From Trypanosoma brucei (lineage: Eukaryota): a stretch of DNA of 64,000 bases. A program made the translations under genes and the position numbers. The notes beneath the pieces are model-generated. The model was not told the DNA's origin, made no database searches, and worked only from the letters and a program-made list of their open reading frames with translations. The stretch lies in the NCBI GenBank assembly GCA_000002445.1, contig CP000067.1, positions 32,001-96,000 on the forward strand, in the 5' to 3' direction. Shown in pieces: positions 48,526-62,000 of this stretch. The number at the start of each line of letters is the position of its first letter. Positions within the stretch are counted from its first letter, which is position 1.

Positions 48526-48880
48526 AGAGGAGTTAATGGGGGACTCCACAAGACTCAGTAGCTTTAATGGCGCAACTATAATCTTACATTCCAACAACCG
48601 CCGCCGTGAGGGCGGAGTCACTGACAAAAAAGCATGATTTGCACATGAATGGCAGTTGAGGTCTTTGCCACGACTCTTTACCTTGCACATACGCTCCAAA
48701 CAAAAAAAAAAATCACCACCCCCTTAGCTATTGCAACACTCGCTAAAGTCGTTAAACCATACAAAGATGTATAGAAGGCACATATTGCCATACAGATGTG
48801 GTTTCATGCTTTAATCGAATGAAATTCACGCTCTTCATATAATGATGAAAAGGCGCTCTCCCCCGTTTACTGCGATGCAA

Positions 48881-50080
48881 TTAGGCGTCCAAAACAATGT
48901 GCTCTTGTGCTAGCCCGTCAGTATCGATGGCTTCACAGTGCCGGATGGCATACAAAATCCGGTCACGCATAACATCAATTGAACTGTAGGCGGGTATACG
49001 GAGTGTAAAGAAACAAGTATTACTGGTTGGAAGGGAGTCACGGGTCCCTCCCCTTTTAACTTTGATGTTTTCCTTGAGCGGCAGCCTTGTTTGTCCCGTT
49101 GTAAAGCGGAGAAGCAGCATCCGGTCTTTATCACACATAGTTTCAATAACTTCGTCAAACATTTGTGAATCGTTTGAGGGGAGAGAGACCTCACAAACGT
49201 CACGCAGTGCTTGACAAGATAACTTAGGCGTCCCACAAATGATCAACTCCACTTGCTGCCAGCGGAAGGCATTGAGTGTGTACAAGGGGATTACTTGACC
49301 GAACCCATGCCGAATATGGCTGATCACCACATCATACTTGTGAACTTCGATGGAGGCAATATGTTCTGCGAGTATTCCCGCAGTACGAAGATCCACAGGC
49401 GGCAATTCCTCCCGCATTCTAAGGTGAGAATTTTCACTACAGAATCTCAACCAACTCTCCTGTAGGCCTGGAAATCTCTCCTCCAGCTCCTCAGCCGTCC
49501 GCTCTGCTAACGCCTCCGGTGTTAATTGCCTCATTATGTCACGATCCATGGCCCTCAGGTCACGCAGTGATGTTTCCTCGCTAAGTAAGAGTTTCCAAAA
49601 CAGTGGTGGAAACTCCACGGCGAGGAGATCTTTGGTAATAAAACACGCTGCGAGAAACTTCCCGAAAAACTCGAACATGGGAAACAGCTGAAATTCAAGA
49701 GCCATTGTTGCATTTGGCATCACGGCCAACTGCCCATCACAACCGCAGTCCTTAAAGAGGGGATTCTGTTGGAATTTCCCGCTTGGGTGTGTTGACATAA
49801 TCTCTGTCGCAAGCTGTGATAGAATATCGCGGTAAGGTCCCCCCACGTCCGTAGATCCAAAACCGGCAAGCTTTACGGTGAACATGGGCGAGACATAGAA
49901 GATAGAAATCGGACTTCGCTGAAGCTGCGCGAACAACTGTCCGAACACGGAACGCATTAGCGTTGGGTAAAAACCGTAGCGCACAGAGGCCCGGGCGTGC
50001 ATTGTATGAATGGTAACTTTCCCTTTGTGCCCCGTGCGATTTCTGAAAGGCCGCATTGTCTCATTTTGGATTTTTTTTGA
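48881..50080 (-). other. HECT catalytic domain (N- and C-lobes) of the giant ligase.
   Basis: Motifs as listed for the parent gene. Confidence 0.8.
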
Positions 50081-53000
50081 AGACTCTGCAGAGCAAAGGC
50101 TCTTAAGCTTCTTCCACATTTCAAAAAGTTCTGTGCTGCGCCGAATGTCAACTACCACAGAAAAAACAGCCGTCAGTGTATCAAATATTTGTAGACGCTT
50201 AACATATGGTACGAGCCGCTCAATCGGAACATCGTTCCCCAGGACGTCAGCACCAAGGAAGGACAACAAGTGAGTATATTCCACTAAATCATGGGAAGGA
50301 ACAGTCAACGACGCATCACCGTTAGGGGAAACAAGCAACTTCTCTGATATCGAAAAGGTTTGACAAAACAGGGACAATTCAGCATAAAATTCGAACGATT
50401 GCGCGACAACCTCCGTGTCGAGGCGATGGGGATGTTCCTGGAACCTGCTGTAGAGTTGGGACACGTCCATACCAGTAGATGCTTCAGTGAGAAGTTGCTC
50501 ACCATGAAACGTTGCGTCTTCCCTTCTTTCCGCGAAGAACACCGGAAGTGCCAACATTTCGTTAGGAAATGTCTCAAATCGAGTAGTTGTTTCATTTTTC
50601 GACTCCCTCTGGAGATTAAATATAACGGCTTGCTCATGATATAAACACGTTACCAGAACAATGTCGCCACCTTTTGCTCTCACTTGCAATGGCTGCGATT
50701 CTTTTTTACGGCTTAGACAAAGATGTATCTTTCCATTTGGCTTTATGAGGTAACCACATGACGGTAACAAAGTGCTGGCCGACGACTGATCCTTATCTGA
50801 CGTACCTGCTGCTAGGGAACCCGGTAGTGAAGCATCCATGTTCCATCCAACGACAACATTTCCACATCGTGCAGAGTTCAAAACTACTTCGAATTTTTTC
50901 GAACCGAATGTACATCGAAACGTTTGGGAGAAGACACCGTAACAGCTACAGTACCCCTCGGGTGATGTTGGGCCGGTCAGTAGCTCAAAGCTGATACGGT
51001 GTGACTCCTGTTGCCCTCGCGTGAAAGCCTCGGGTAAAGGCCGTGGTGGTTTGGATGTAACCGCTTCGATGGCCAACTTCGTGCAAATGACAATGGCATA
51101 CGGTACACAACTCTGCCTCCCAGGAGCTGGTAAACTGGGTCGCTCCAGTTGATAACGCTGCAGAAGCTCACTCACCAGCAATATACCCAACTGTACAAAC
51201 GTACAGGACATCTTCCCCCTCTGACACATGCTACTTATCACAGCTAGAAGTGGAGCAAGTGATGCGCAAAGGGCTTCATGTGATGGCAGCGGGCAATTGC
51301 TCATTTTAAGCAACTGAAGCACGCATCGCAGAGCAACATTTCTTACCGCACGTACATGTGCCGTTGCGGTGCGAAGCAATAAAAGCATCAATGTTGATCC
51401 GAATGATGTCGACAGAAGATGGATGACGCCATCAAGGCTGAGCGACACATAAATGAGGTTGACGCTAACTTCCACGTTTTCTGCACTTTGCGCAGCGAAT
51501 GGCGCCGCAAGGCATGCGTAAGCGGCCGCAAGCAGAAAAAATGAGGATCTGCGGACCTCCGCCCGAACCAAAGCAGTGAGGGAGGACAAATCATTCCGCA
51601 GTGTAGTGTACGGAAGCAGATGTTGTAGTGTCTTGAGTGTATCCGATGAATTGCAACTCATGATGACGGTACCAATCAGTTTCTTCGCATACGACACCAT
51701 GGCCTCTTCAACTTGTGGTATAAGACTCGACTCACCACCACTTTGAATTCCTATAGCTGGTGTATTCCATGAGTGCTGACCGAGAGACCCCATCCCCTGC
51801 GAAACATTGGGTGAGATGCGGTCAATCATCAGTTGGGTCCATATTGTATCCATTGCACTGCGTTGAACGGGTGAATCTTCCTTGTGCAACACACGCCAAT
51901 GCACGACTTTGACGGAAGTACCGGGAGCAGAGAGCGTAAATGAAAGCTGCATATCTGCCGGGCAGTCCCTCCCTTGTAACACTTCGTATACCGTCTCCCC
52001 GTTCACCACCACAAGAGCGCGTTTCGCCCAGGGTATAACGCGAATGTAAAGTCGAACACATTTGACGGAAGATGTCGGCAATATGAGCGATTCACCATGA
52101 ACAGGAATTATCGGGATGGGTACGTCCACAAACCAAGCTGTTGGGGGATGTTGAAAAGTAACCCGCGCGGGAAACTGCACGGAGGTACACACCAGGAGCT
52201 CTATCTCATGTAACTTGAGTCCCTCGATCACTGGTTTTGTCACGGTGCACGATTGTGGGCCAATACTTGAGACGTGTTGAACACAACCGTTTGAAATCGT
52301 GACGTGTTGTGGAGAAGCTGAGAATGTCACCTCTTCCTCTACCCACGGTTGTTGTCGCTGAAACTTCAGCAGCAAACGGCGTCGGTGGTTTTGCCTTTCC
52401 AAGATTGGTGACAAGTCACGTTCGGCATCCTCCTTTGTCTGGGGTACATCACAAAAAGGTAAAGATACTGCGGAGACATCGCTACGGTAAGTGACGCAAG
52501 AAGCAACTGAAAACTTTGGTGTTTCATGGGGTACCGCGCAGCACTTGAGAGCGAATCCGTTAAAGAGAAGGTTGTGCTCAAGCGGCACACTTGTATCATA
52601 GGAGAAAACGGCAGTGTCATCCTCAAACTGAGTAAAATCGCAGTTGTAGCTCCTCGCGTTTACGAAGACACTAAGGGGGAAAATATCTTCGCAAGTTGGA
52701 ACAGGGCCGTAAACCAAAAATAGCGCCGCCTGCGAGAGATCGTCCTGTAATTTTTTAACTATCCGGTATCCACCGTCCTCTAATGAAGTTACACAACGTC
52801 CCAACTCATCCACATAAATAAAGATGTGCTTCTTTCCGTCTAATGACTCGACCTTAGAAAGGTCCTCTCCGTCAGTGCCCTCCGACGAACTCACAAAAAG
52901 CGAGGAGCCCTGTACACTGCTTATCTCCTTTACGGAAACTATGCATGACGTCCGAATCGGATCTGACACCCACCAAAAAAAATCACCTTCAGTGGTGAGA

Positions 53001-56000
53001 CGATCCGTGACTGCACACTGGTTACAGATCCGTCTGTTGAACTGAAGTTTGCTGCTTTGCATGTGCGGGGGGTTTAAGCTTCCTAAAGACAGGTAACGGC
53101 CGCAGATAACTCCGCGGAGATCATCCTCCAGTTGCCTCCAGGCAGGCGAGTCATCGAATGATACTCTAGAAACAGTCTCCCACTGCACCCATTCCATTCT
53201 GGTTCCTCCGAGAAAAATAAGCCGTTGTTCGCCGCTTTCACAAAGGATTAAACCACGCCCTAACGATTCGACCGTTACGGGCCCTCCGACAGGTCGATTA
53301 AATTGGAGATCTCTCGCGTTTACGCGTTGGCATAGGTAACTCCGATAACCGCATGACTGCGATGGAATCGTGTACGTAATTCCTCCATGAAGAAGCTGCT
53401 TCTCCTTCTGAATGCTTGAAAATGGTAGCGTACATGTAGTTACCCTCCCCGCCGTAATTCCAATATATTTATCCTCCAAAGCAACATTTGACAACCCTGG
53501 TCTTCCGTCCTCCGACACTGTGTAGAACATGATACTACTGTGGTTTGTGGTATGAAGAAAGAAAGCCACATGCTCCCCTGGAGAGATGGTTATAGACTCA
53601 AACCCCTCTACTTTCGCTTCAACGCCTCGTGCAAGCTCCATATCCCTTCGCATGACAACTTGCCACTCACCGCCTTGCTCTTCAACTCCTCTGAAAGTCC
53701 CATTACGCATAAAGAGAGTTACGGTCGCGGTAGATGTTGTGTCAGAGACAAAATACACCTTTACAATGTTCACCTTATTTCGTTTCGCAATAACATCAAA
53801 CATAATCCCGCTGCACGAGTTACCAGGAATGCACGCTTGGCGGCCCGTTTGAAGAAATATTGTCTCCTCTCCGGCACTCTTTTTGGCATCGTCTGCAAAC
53901 TCCCTTAGTTGATCAAGAATGTATGAAATTGTCATATTACCCTTTTCCAGCATGCCTGCAGCGGACCGGAAACCTTCCTCACATATTAGAAAGGTGCTGA
54001 ACATACGAAGGAGTTGGGCACAGCTCCACAAATCACCCTTCATATCACGTGTTCCTTGTCGCTGAAGCTGTGGGGAGGCGAAATGATCGTATCGACGTAA
54101 GGTATAAACATTCCAAACTGCGCATGTGACCGTGGCTCCTCGGCCAGTTTTCACATACACATTTTTCGGGTGGATGTTGCCGTGGATTAGAGAATGCAGG
54201 TGCCAGTGCTCCAACGCGGCAAGGAGGGACATAACAATGGATTTCTGTTGTTGTTTGGAGAATCTTTCCATGTCTAAGGAGTTAAGAGTGCCGTCAAACC
54301 AGCCATGCGTAATAACACCAAAACTTTTTGAGGAGTCCAATGACTGCATTATGTCCTCTTGGTACATTACACACGGATGCTTTGTTACTACGTTAAAGGA
54401 CGTAACAGTTATTTCGGGGTCATCATGGCTAAATATGTGCAGTGTTCGCTTGCTTGTTGTGTTGTCGTCAAAATATAGTAAACGAACCATAGAGCTTCCA
54501 CCGACCCTACCAATAACCTCGTATGCGCTAGGCAACCGTATAAAAGTGTCCCCTTCATCTGCGGTTCCAGGAATGAAAACGTGCGGTTTATCCAGCGGTG
54601 ACGACAAAGCATCCACTACCCTCCGAACCGCAGTTTGACCGCAAAATTCCTCAAGCTTTTTGTCCTCAACTCGAATCATCTCACGCGAAAAAGCACCCAC
54701 CTCCGCGAGTTGCTTAAGAGCATTTGACAATCTGTAAGCAAGTTTCGAGTTCCCGCAATGGTCACACCAAATGAGTTCAATGGCAGTCACACGATCTGAA
54801 GGTAGACTGTAGAGTACATGTCGAAGTACGGTGTACGTTGAAACCACTACGCGGAACGGTATTCGGCGAAGAATAGTCGGTGTTATTGGGTGTGATGCCA
54901 GCACCACGGAAGGTGGTGCTCTAAACTTTCCGGCTCCCAATGCACCACCGTAAAAGGTAGCAAGCGTGGCGGACGCATTAGCATGGTCCAAACGAACAAA
55001 GGGAGACACGCTCAGATTGGAAGGTATATTGTGAAAGACAACCCTTGGGGACTCATTGTTACGTGCTAAAGAAAGGGTTCCATTGTCACGATCAAGAAGA
55101 AAATGCAACTTTGTTCCCGCAAGAAACATCGTGTTGCCTGACGAGTCAATAGGGGGAATTCGTTCCTGTGTGGGTAAAGAGTCGCCGTCGAGAACATCTT
55201 GCACTATCCAAACCTGGTCAACTTGCTCACGAAGTTTCACGAAGTGCGGCTCCAGCTGGTCGAAGGTCGATACCACAATTCCAGCAAAGTGCCCAGAACC
55301 AAGTGAATCACCTCCGGCACGGTCACTGCGGGTTATTTGCACAACAAATCCCGACAAACCAACTGTTGGAAGTGGGGACCCAATCACTGCTTGCCCGGAT
55401 GCATCATTACAGCTTGCCGTGCGACCTTTGTTCGAAATGACTACTTTGGACGGATTACACAAAGTCCACACGGGGGTGTATTCCACAACACCCTCAGACC
55501 AGCTCCTTGATCTTGTGGATATGCCTCTGTCGATCACCTCTCGTGGTGAATGGAGGTAGAGGCTAGTAGGATGAGGCCCTACGTTCATAACTGCTATCTT
55601 CGGTGAAATCCCCTTCAACGACGAGCCAACGTGCTCCCTGTATGAGACATGGCAGCGAACGTTGTCATCCTCATCGTACACGACAAAATCGTTATCAGCT
55701 GTGAATGCGAGAGTAAGTTCTTCGTCACGTGCGAGGCTGAAGCTGCGGTGAATCACACTGTTTCGACTCCCTTCCCAGTTTATCTTAAAAATAGGTCTAA
55801 ACAGTTGGACGAGCACTTCCAAAAAGAAAACATTGGCACTTGTCGCAGACACTGCCCCCAGCTTCCAGAAGCGTGGCTTATTCACTGGCCAGGCACCTGT
55901 GCTGAACACTCCCTCAAGCTCGCATGCTTCGCTTGGTTTCAATTCTACTGTGTCATACCCCCCTGCCCAGCGCCACGGATGTGACACCGAACTCATGAAA

Positions 56001-59000
56001 GGCGTAGGTGGTGGGAACGTCATCTCACAAATTGAGAGACGCAAACAGTCACAACCCCTTCTCTTAACGAAGAAGCAATACTGCGAGGGAGCAAACACTC
56101 CTAACTGCTCGTGAAGCGGTCCTCCGTGAGCTGCGTAATATGTTGCAGGTTCGTAGAGGATATCCTGCTCGATATCATCACCAAAAACAATGTGCAAAGA
56201 GACTTGCAACAGTTTGGGGCGTGATTTGCTGCTTAAACGTAGTGGAAGATCGGTGACGAACGCAACTCCCCAGGAGTCCCCGAGGGGAGTAAACAAAAGG
56301 GAGACAAACGCAGCCAGATTTTCATTATATACAAAGGGACAGGCAAAGCTGCAGCACTTTTCGTTCCATCCGTCTTCGTGAAGAAGCTCCGGTGATAACA
56401 TGTATTCTACGCTACCTGAATCCAGCGCTCTACCCGAAATCGAGTCGTGCCTCCTTGCTTTGATAATTCTATCAGCGGCAAAATTTGTCGACCTTGTGTG
56501 GCGCACCAAAGACGATGCACACGCGCTGCCAGCATCAAAGGACAAGTTCCACCGTTGAGCAATGTACCGTGCTAATATGCTAATCAGATGTTCTTCCTCC
56601 CTTAAAGCAGGAAAATGGACAGTTCCTGTCGCCTGGCATACGCTTTCGACAGCAAAGGGTTGGTGGCACCAGCCACACTCAATAACAGGAACTAAACAAT
56701 CTACTGGTACCGTGACACAGACGGGAGTACCACCCCTACCAACCTCTACCGCGACTTGGGATTTAATATCGGGATCACTGACTAGACGCACCAGCTCCCC
56801 GGCGGAAAACTCCCCTGACCCCAGTGCGATGACAGCAAGATCTCCCTTGCACAGCGAATTGAAGTATGCCACACCATTCACACCAAACGGTAGTGTCACA
56901 ACACCATCACCCAAGGCGTCTGTAAGATTCCCGTTTACCACACCACTCAACAGATCTTCAGATATTTCTTGCCTACCAACGTTTCCCGGTCGCGCCTTCA
57001 CAAGCTTTCCAAGGGATTCAATCACACCAGTATCTTCAAAGGGTTGCGTAACCGAAAACGGCCCGCTGGCAAAAGCCACTAGCGCTGTCAGAAGGCGCGT
57101 AATGACAAACCCCTGTACTGCGGGGAAAACAGCCATGTTACGTCCCAGTAAGCGCCGTTGAACAATAAGACGGTAGGTGACACGCCCACGAAAGGCACGA
57201 GGTTCTGATGGTATCTCCAAGAAAGGTACAATCCCCTCGCTTTTCTTTCCAACATAAATTGTCAAAACCCCGTCGCTCTCGAATTCGTCGCCCACATCGC
57301 CAACGTGCCCATCGCTGCTGTTATAAAACCGGACTCCACAGCTGGATGTTGTGTTGACATACAAAGCGTACATCTGATTCGCCCGCAGTTGAAGATTGAG
57401 TGGACCCGGAGAAAAGGTCTGCTTATCTGCCAGGTAAAGGTACCGAGTTGCGACCTCTTTCCATTTTGAAGGGACCTTTTCAGCGCCCTTCATACTTCCC
57501 TCCTTCCAGAAAACTCTGACATTTATGTTATCCGCTGTTGTTTGAGAAATGCAGAATATTTCTTCCAACAACACATCCTGCTTGCTGCGGATGTCGAACA
57601 TGATGCCGTTGTATGATGCTGAATTGTTTTGGCTGAGATGCCCACCCGTCGATATAGCGGAAAGAACCTCTGACACGCTCATGGGGTTTGCAGGTACGGC
57701 AAGAATATTACCCACAAGTCCTCGGACAGAGAAAAAGGTATTGCTTACACAGTGACCCTGCTCGCTGCAGGTAAAAAAACATCGTATCCGCTCCCTTCCT
57801 CTTTCCCTTACCATGCCCATAGTTCGTTCACAGACAGCACTGAAGACATAAGTCCCCCTTTTCATTTTAAGTTGGAGTTTATTCATTACGATTCTGTGTG
57901 AGCACTCTTTCGGGAGCAATACCTCATGATGTACCCAGACCCAATTCCTCTCTCTCGATGTCACACCCTCGGTAGAGTCGTTCACGTCAGCGCAATACAG
58001 AGAAACATGAAAGCTCATCGGACCTATAGTGTGCCCCACGTAGGGTTGAACAAAAACGGGTAGTAGAAGCTCTCGCAGCACAACCGGACCATCAAAAACA
58101 GTAACAACAAATTCAGCTCTTTCCGAAAGAGTAGACATTTGGGGGCGACTGACCAGTGGCAGATGATCGCTGCACCCATCATTATTCCTTTCATCCCACT
58201 CTCGCCACACAACAGAATCAGTTTCCTCCACTGCGAGAGCCTGTGCCTCTTCACTACGCACGTACACTATGGAACCGCAAAACCCGCAAGAGTTGGAACT
58301 AACATCAGTAAAGGGGGTGCTACTCTCGCTGGTGCGCCCCATCAAAACTGTGAGGGTACCGTCGGAGTCCATTTCCGATGAAACGGCCCCCGAGCAACCT
58401 CCCTCCTTCGCGTAATGGCCGACTCCAAAGTTGTGCGTAGCGTTGATGTATAAAGCGAAAGTTGAGCCGCCTTCAATACGGATTCCGTGAAACGTAACGG
58501 AGAACTGACGACCCGCGCGCATCTTAACAAAGTTAGAGAATATCTTCGTCCACGAGCCGCTAGTCCGTTCATGCATCTGGTGAGAACCCTTCTTGAAAAA
58601 TACTTCCACCCGATGGCGTCCCGAAGCGTGGGTGAGAACGGTCAAACCGGTCAGCACAACCGAATCCTCAGCTCGAACATCAAACATAATACCATTGTAG
58701 GACTCGTTGCGTAAAAGCCTGAATTTTGTGCTCCCCACAACAAACACACGCGTGACGCTGCCATCGGGGGCTTTCAGAGCGGGATATGGGGGTTGTAAAA
58801 CTTTGTGTGGTCCCTCGTTGTCCAGCACATAGATGCTGTTTTTATCCAGGGAGAAGCAGACACGCTTATCCGTTTCGTCGCATACGTTGACTGTATTGCC
58901 CCCTATTGACGTGACAAGCCCACGTTTGGGCTGAACGAGGCTTCCGGCTTTGAAGGCCACCTTAGCACCCACTACAATAGCGGCCGCATCAGCGGAAAGC

Positions 59001-62000
59001 GCACAGTGGCGAACATCGCGTTTCCGCACAACGTACTCTCGCTTTCCTTGGCACGGGCACAAACACTTCACAACCCCAACTCCAGAACCACATGTGCGGA
59101 CGACCCTCCCCAGATGAGCCTTTCCAAATAGTGGCGGCACCACCGTTGCAGTCATTCCACGCGTCGAAAGGTAAGCAACAAGCCGAGGCCGATGCAATAG
59201 AGTCTCCGGAGGGATCGTATATGTCGCTATCAGCAGACCGTTGCGGTACGCGGCCACTTCCCTGTCCACTCGCTCGACCGTTATTGTGTCGCCAATAGAA
59301 AAGAGTATCCCAGTACCCTCCTCTGCTATACGCGGCGCAACCTTCCAAGCGGTTCCGCATTGAGCCATGGTGTAGCTAAGAGTGTCGAAGAGAAGATTGT
59401 TGCAGCCCATAATGCCAATGTCAGGACCTATACAGTTACTTGGAATGAGTCCAACGGCCACTGAAGAGGAATTTATATCCAAAGCATCATCATTGACGGA
59501 AACCCATCCACCTGTAGAAGTAACCTGGCATGGTGTGCGCGTGAACACAATCACACGCAAATTCGTGTCTTCTTCAATGGGGCAGTTGCACGTCGCCACG
59601 GTCGGGTGAAGATGAAGACCGCGAAGGGAGGAACTCAGCATAATGGATCCCTTTGTCATATCAACTGAGAGATATACACTGCGAGGCGTAGCCGCTTTAG
59701 TTTTGGAGTCACTCCATGTGCCCCAGATGTTACCGTGTGCTATGCGGCGCTCAAACTCCGCGGAAGTCATGACGCGGTAATCACACTCTTCGCTCGTTAC
59801 ACCCACAAAAATCGCAGAGGCATCAACTGGCGACGGCTCAATATCCTCATCAAGAAAAAGCATACTAACCACAACTTTTGAGCTGTTAGGAATCACAGTC
59901 GGGCTGATCAAGATCATGTTACTCTTAATTGATACACTTGTTTGCAGAAGGTTATTTACACACCACAGCAAATCGAAGGAGTGTAAACCTCCAAATGAAA
60001 AGCCGTCAACACCAGCAACGTGGCTAACGGTCACATCAACACGGGAGTCTCCATAGGTGGAAAAGTCATCTAGCACAGCAAAGGCAGCGCCATCAGTCGC
60101 TATACAGGTACTTCCATCGATTTGGACATTAACACTTTTATCACGCATCCATGCAAACGCTGCGGTTTCCATAAAACCAACAATGCTGCCAACGACCAAC
60201 TCCTTCGGGCTGTGCTGCGACAAAAGATAATCCGTAAGGTTATCGTTGTGATCGGTGAAGTGAAACATACATTTTGGGTAACGCCAACTATTGAAACACT
60301 CAGAGCACAGACAAATTCCACCTTCCCCCTCGTACCACGCCTCCAACATCTCCGAACCGCACGATGCGCACAGCACCGGAGGAGTGCTACGTGTCAGGGC
60401 ACTAATGTTGCTGGGGGGGTATGTGTTTCGCGCAGGGAATGTGTGGCAGTCAAGAAATGAGAAGACAACAACCGAATCCGGTCCAGTAAGCACGAAGGGC
60501 CTCAGCTTTTTCTCTTCAGGTATCTTCTCAAACAAAACACCAAAATCAACGCACTTACCACCACGAACACGAGAAAATGAAGCTGTTCCTTCCTGCCTAT
60601 TCACTTTGATAATTACTACATCATCCGAGTCAAACAACAATTGCCCGGCACTGTATATCATACCAGGCTCCACGAAACAGTTCGTGTTATTAGTTCCCTC
60701 TGAATCACGGTTACATAAGGCCCAAATATTTTCGCACCGTACTATCGCCTGGGGTTCTGCCGGCTCCTCTGTTTCTGCCGTTACGCCGATGTACATAAGC
60801 GTCCCTTTACTCTCTGCAATTGTGATACTTACGGCAAAGGAGAATACGTCCTCAAGCACAACGTTGCCTCGCACCGCTGAGTAGTGCGCAGCCGAGGTTA
60901 CACCGATCGACGGGCTTGGTGTGAACAGACTTTTCGTGGAGAAACGTCGGTCGATAACAACAGGTGTCCTCGACATGGGTTGTTGGCCGTTAACCATGCG
61001 GAACGAAGAAGATGTTGATTGAGTCGCTGAGACGGGAGCATTGCGCCTCAGTAAGGTCACAGAGCCTTTTTGGTTAGTTGTTTCATGACGTATTATTTGA
61101 AGAGCAGTATATTCCATATTCATTGCATCAGTAATTGTTTTAACAAAATTTTCCGCGATGTCCATTCTCTGCTCCTTTTCATCGTTCATTAGCGGCACGA
61201 CCGCAGATGCTTCAAACAAAATTCTTCTTAACCCGCTGGTTAACCAGCCACAACACCTCAAACTCTCTCCCTCCGAAACCGAAAAAAGCGCAGGCATTAC
61301 GAAGGAGGGCTTCAGGTCTGCAACATCTGTAGAGAATTGCCTCCCATCCGGATCGGCCTCAAGGTAAACCACAGCTCTTGATGCAGATTCGGATATGGAA
61401 TCTACAACGACGGGACCGTGCGTTTTATGTTGGCAGAAGAGTCCACTTCTTTCACCACCCAATATGGCTAGTGCGACTATACATTTTTCGAGGTCATAAC
61501 TAGACCGAACAAAGAAGGAATATATCCAATCCGATATCGCTGGGCCGAAGTATGGAGTGACGTGGAGTTGTTGAAGGACACTAACCGCCACACCCCGTCG
61601 CAAACTGGAAAGCAATAATTCACATGATTCCTTTACCTGTGAGGGGTCAGCGATAATATCACAAACCGCGTCTTCGTTGAAGTGGAACACAAATGGATAT
61701 AAATCATCGACACGGTGAATGTTTGCGAAGGCCAATCCGATGCGCACCATGTTTTCTCTGTAGTATGTTATCTCCCCTACATCAGCGTTTAGTTCAACCC
61801 ACACAACTTCATCACATCCGTAAACCCTCCGCTGACTGTTACGGGGAATGGTTTGGCGGCGCAGAAGGAGGTGTGGCACCTGATCACCGTCGTCAGCGTC
61901 TTGCAAAATGTAAACGTCATCCCTAGAAATTAAACTTGCCATAGTGGTAACAGGTGTATGCCCATGTGAGAGACCGATGTAATAGCAACCCCCCAGCGAT

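Noticed and set aside
48910-49236. 108-aa minus-strand ORF inside the HECT domain region, plus other ORFs nested inside the HECT gene (for example 56562-57161 on the plus strand)
   Set aside because: They are alternative-frame or antisense ORFs inside a 15 kb coding region and are expected by chance.
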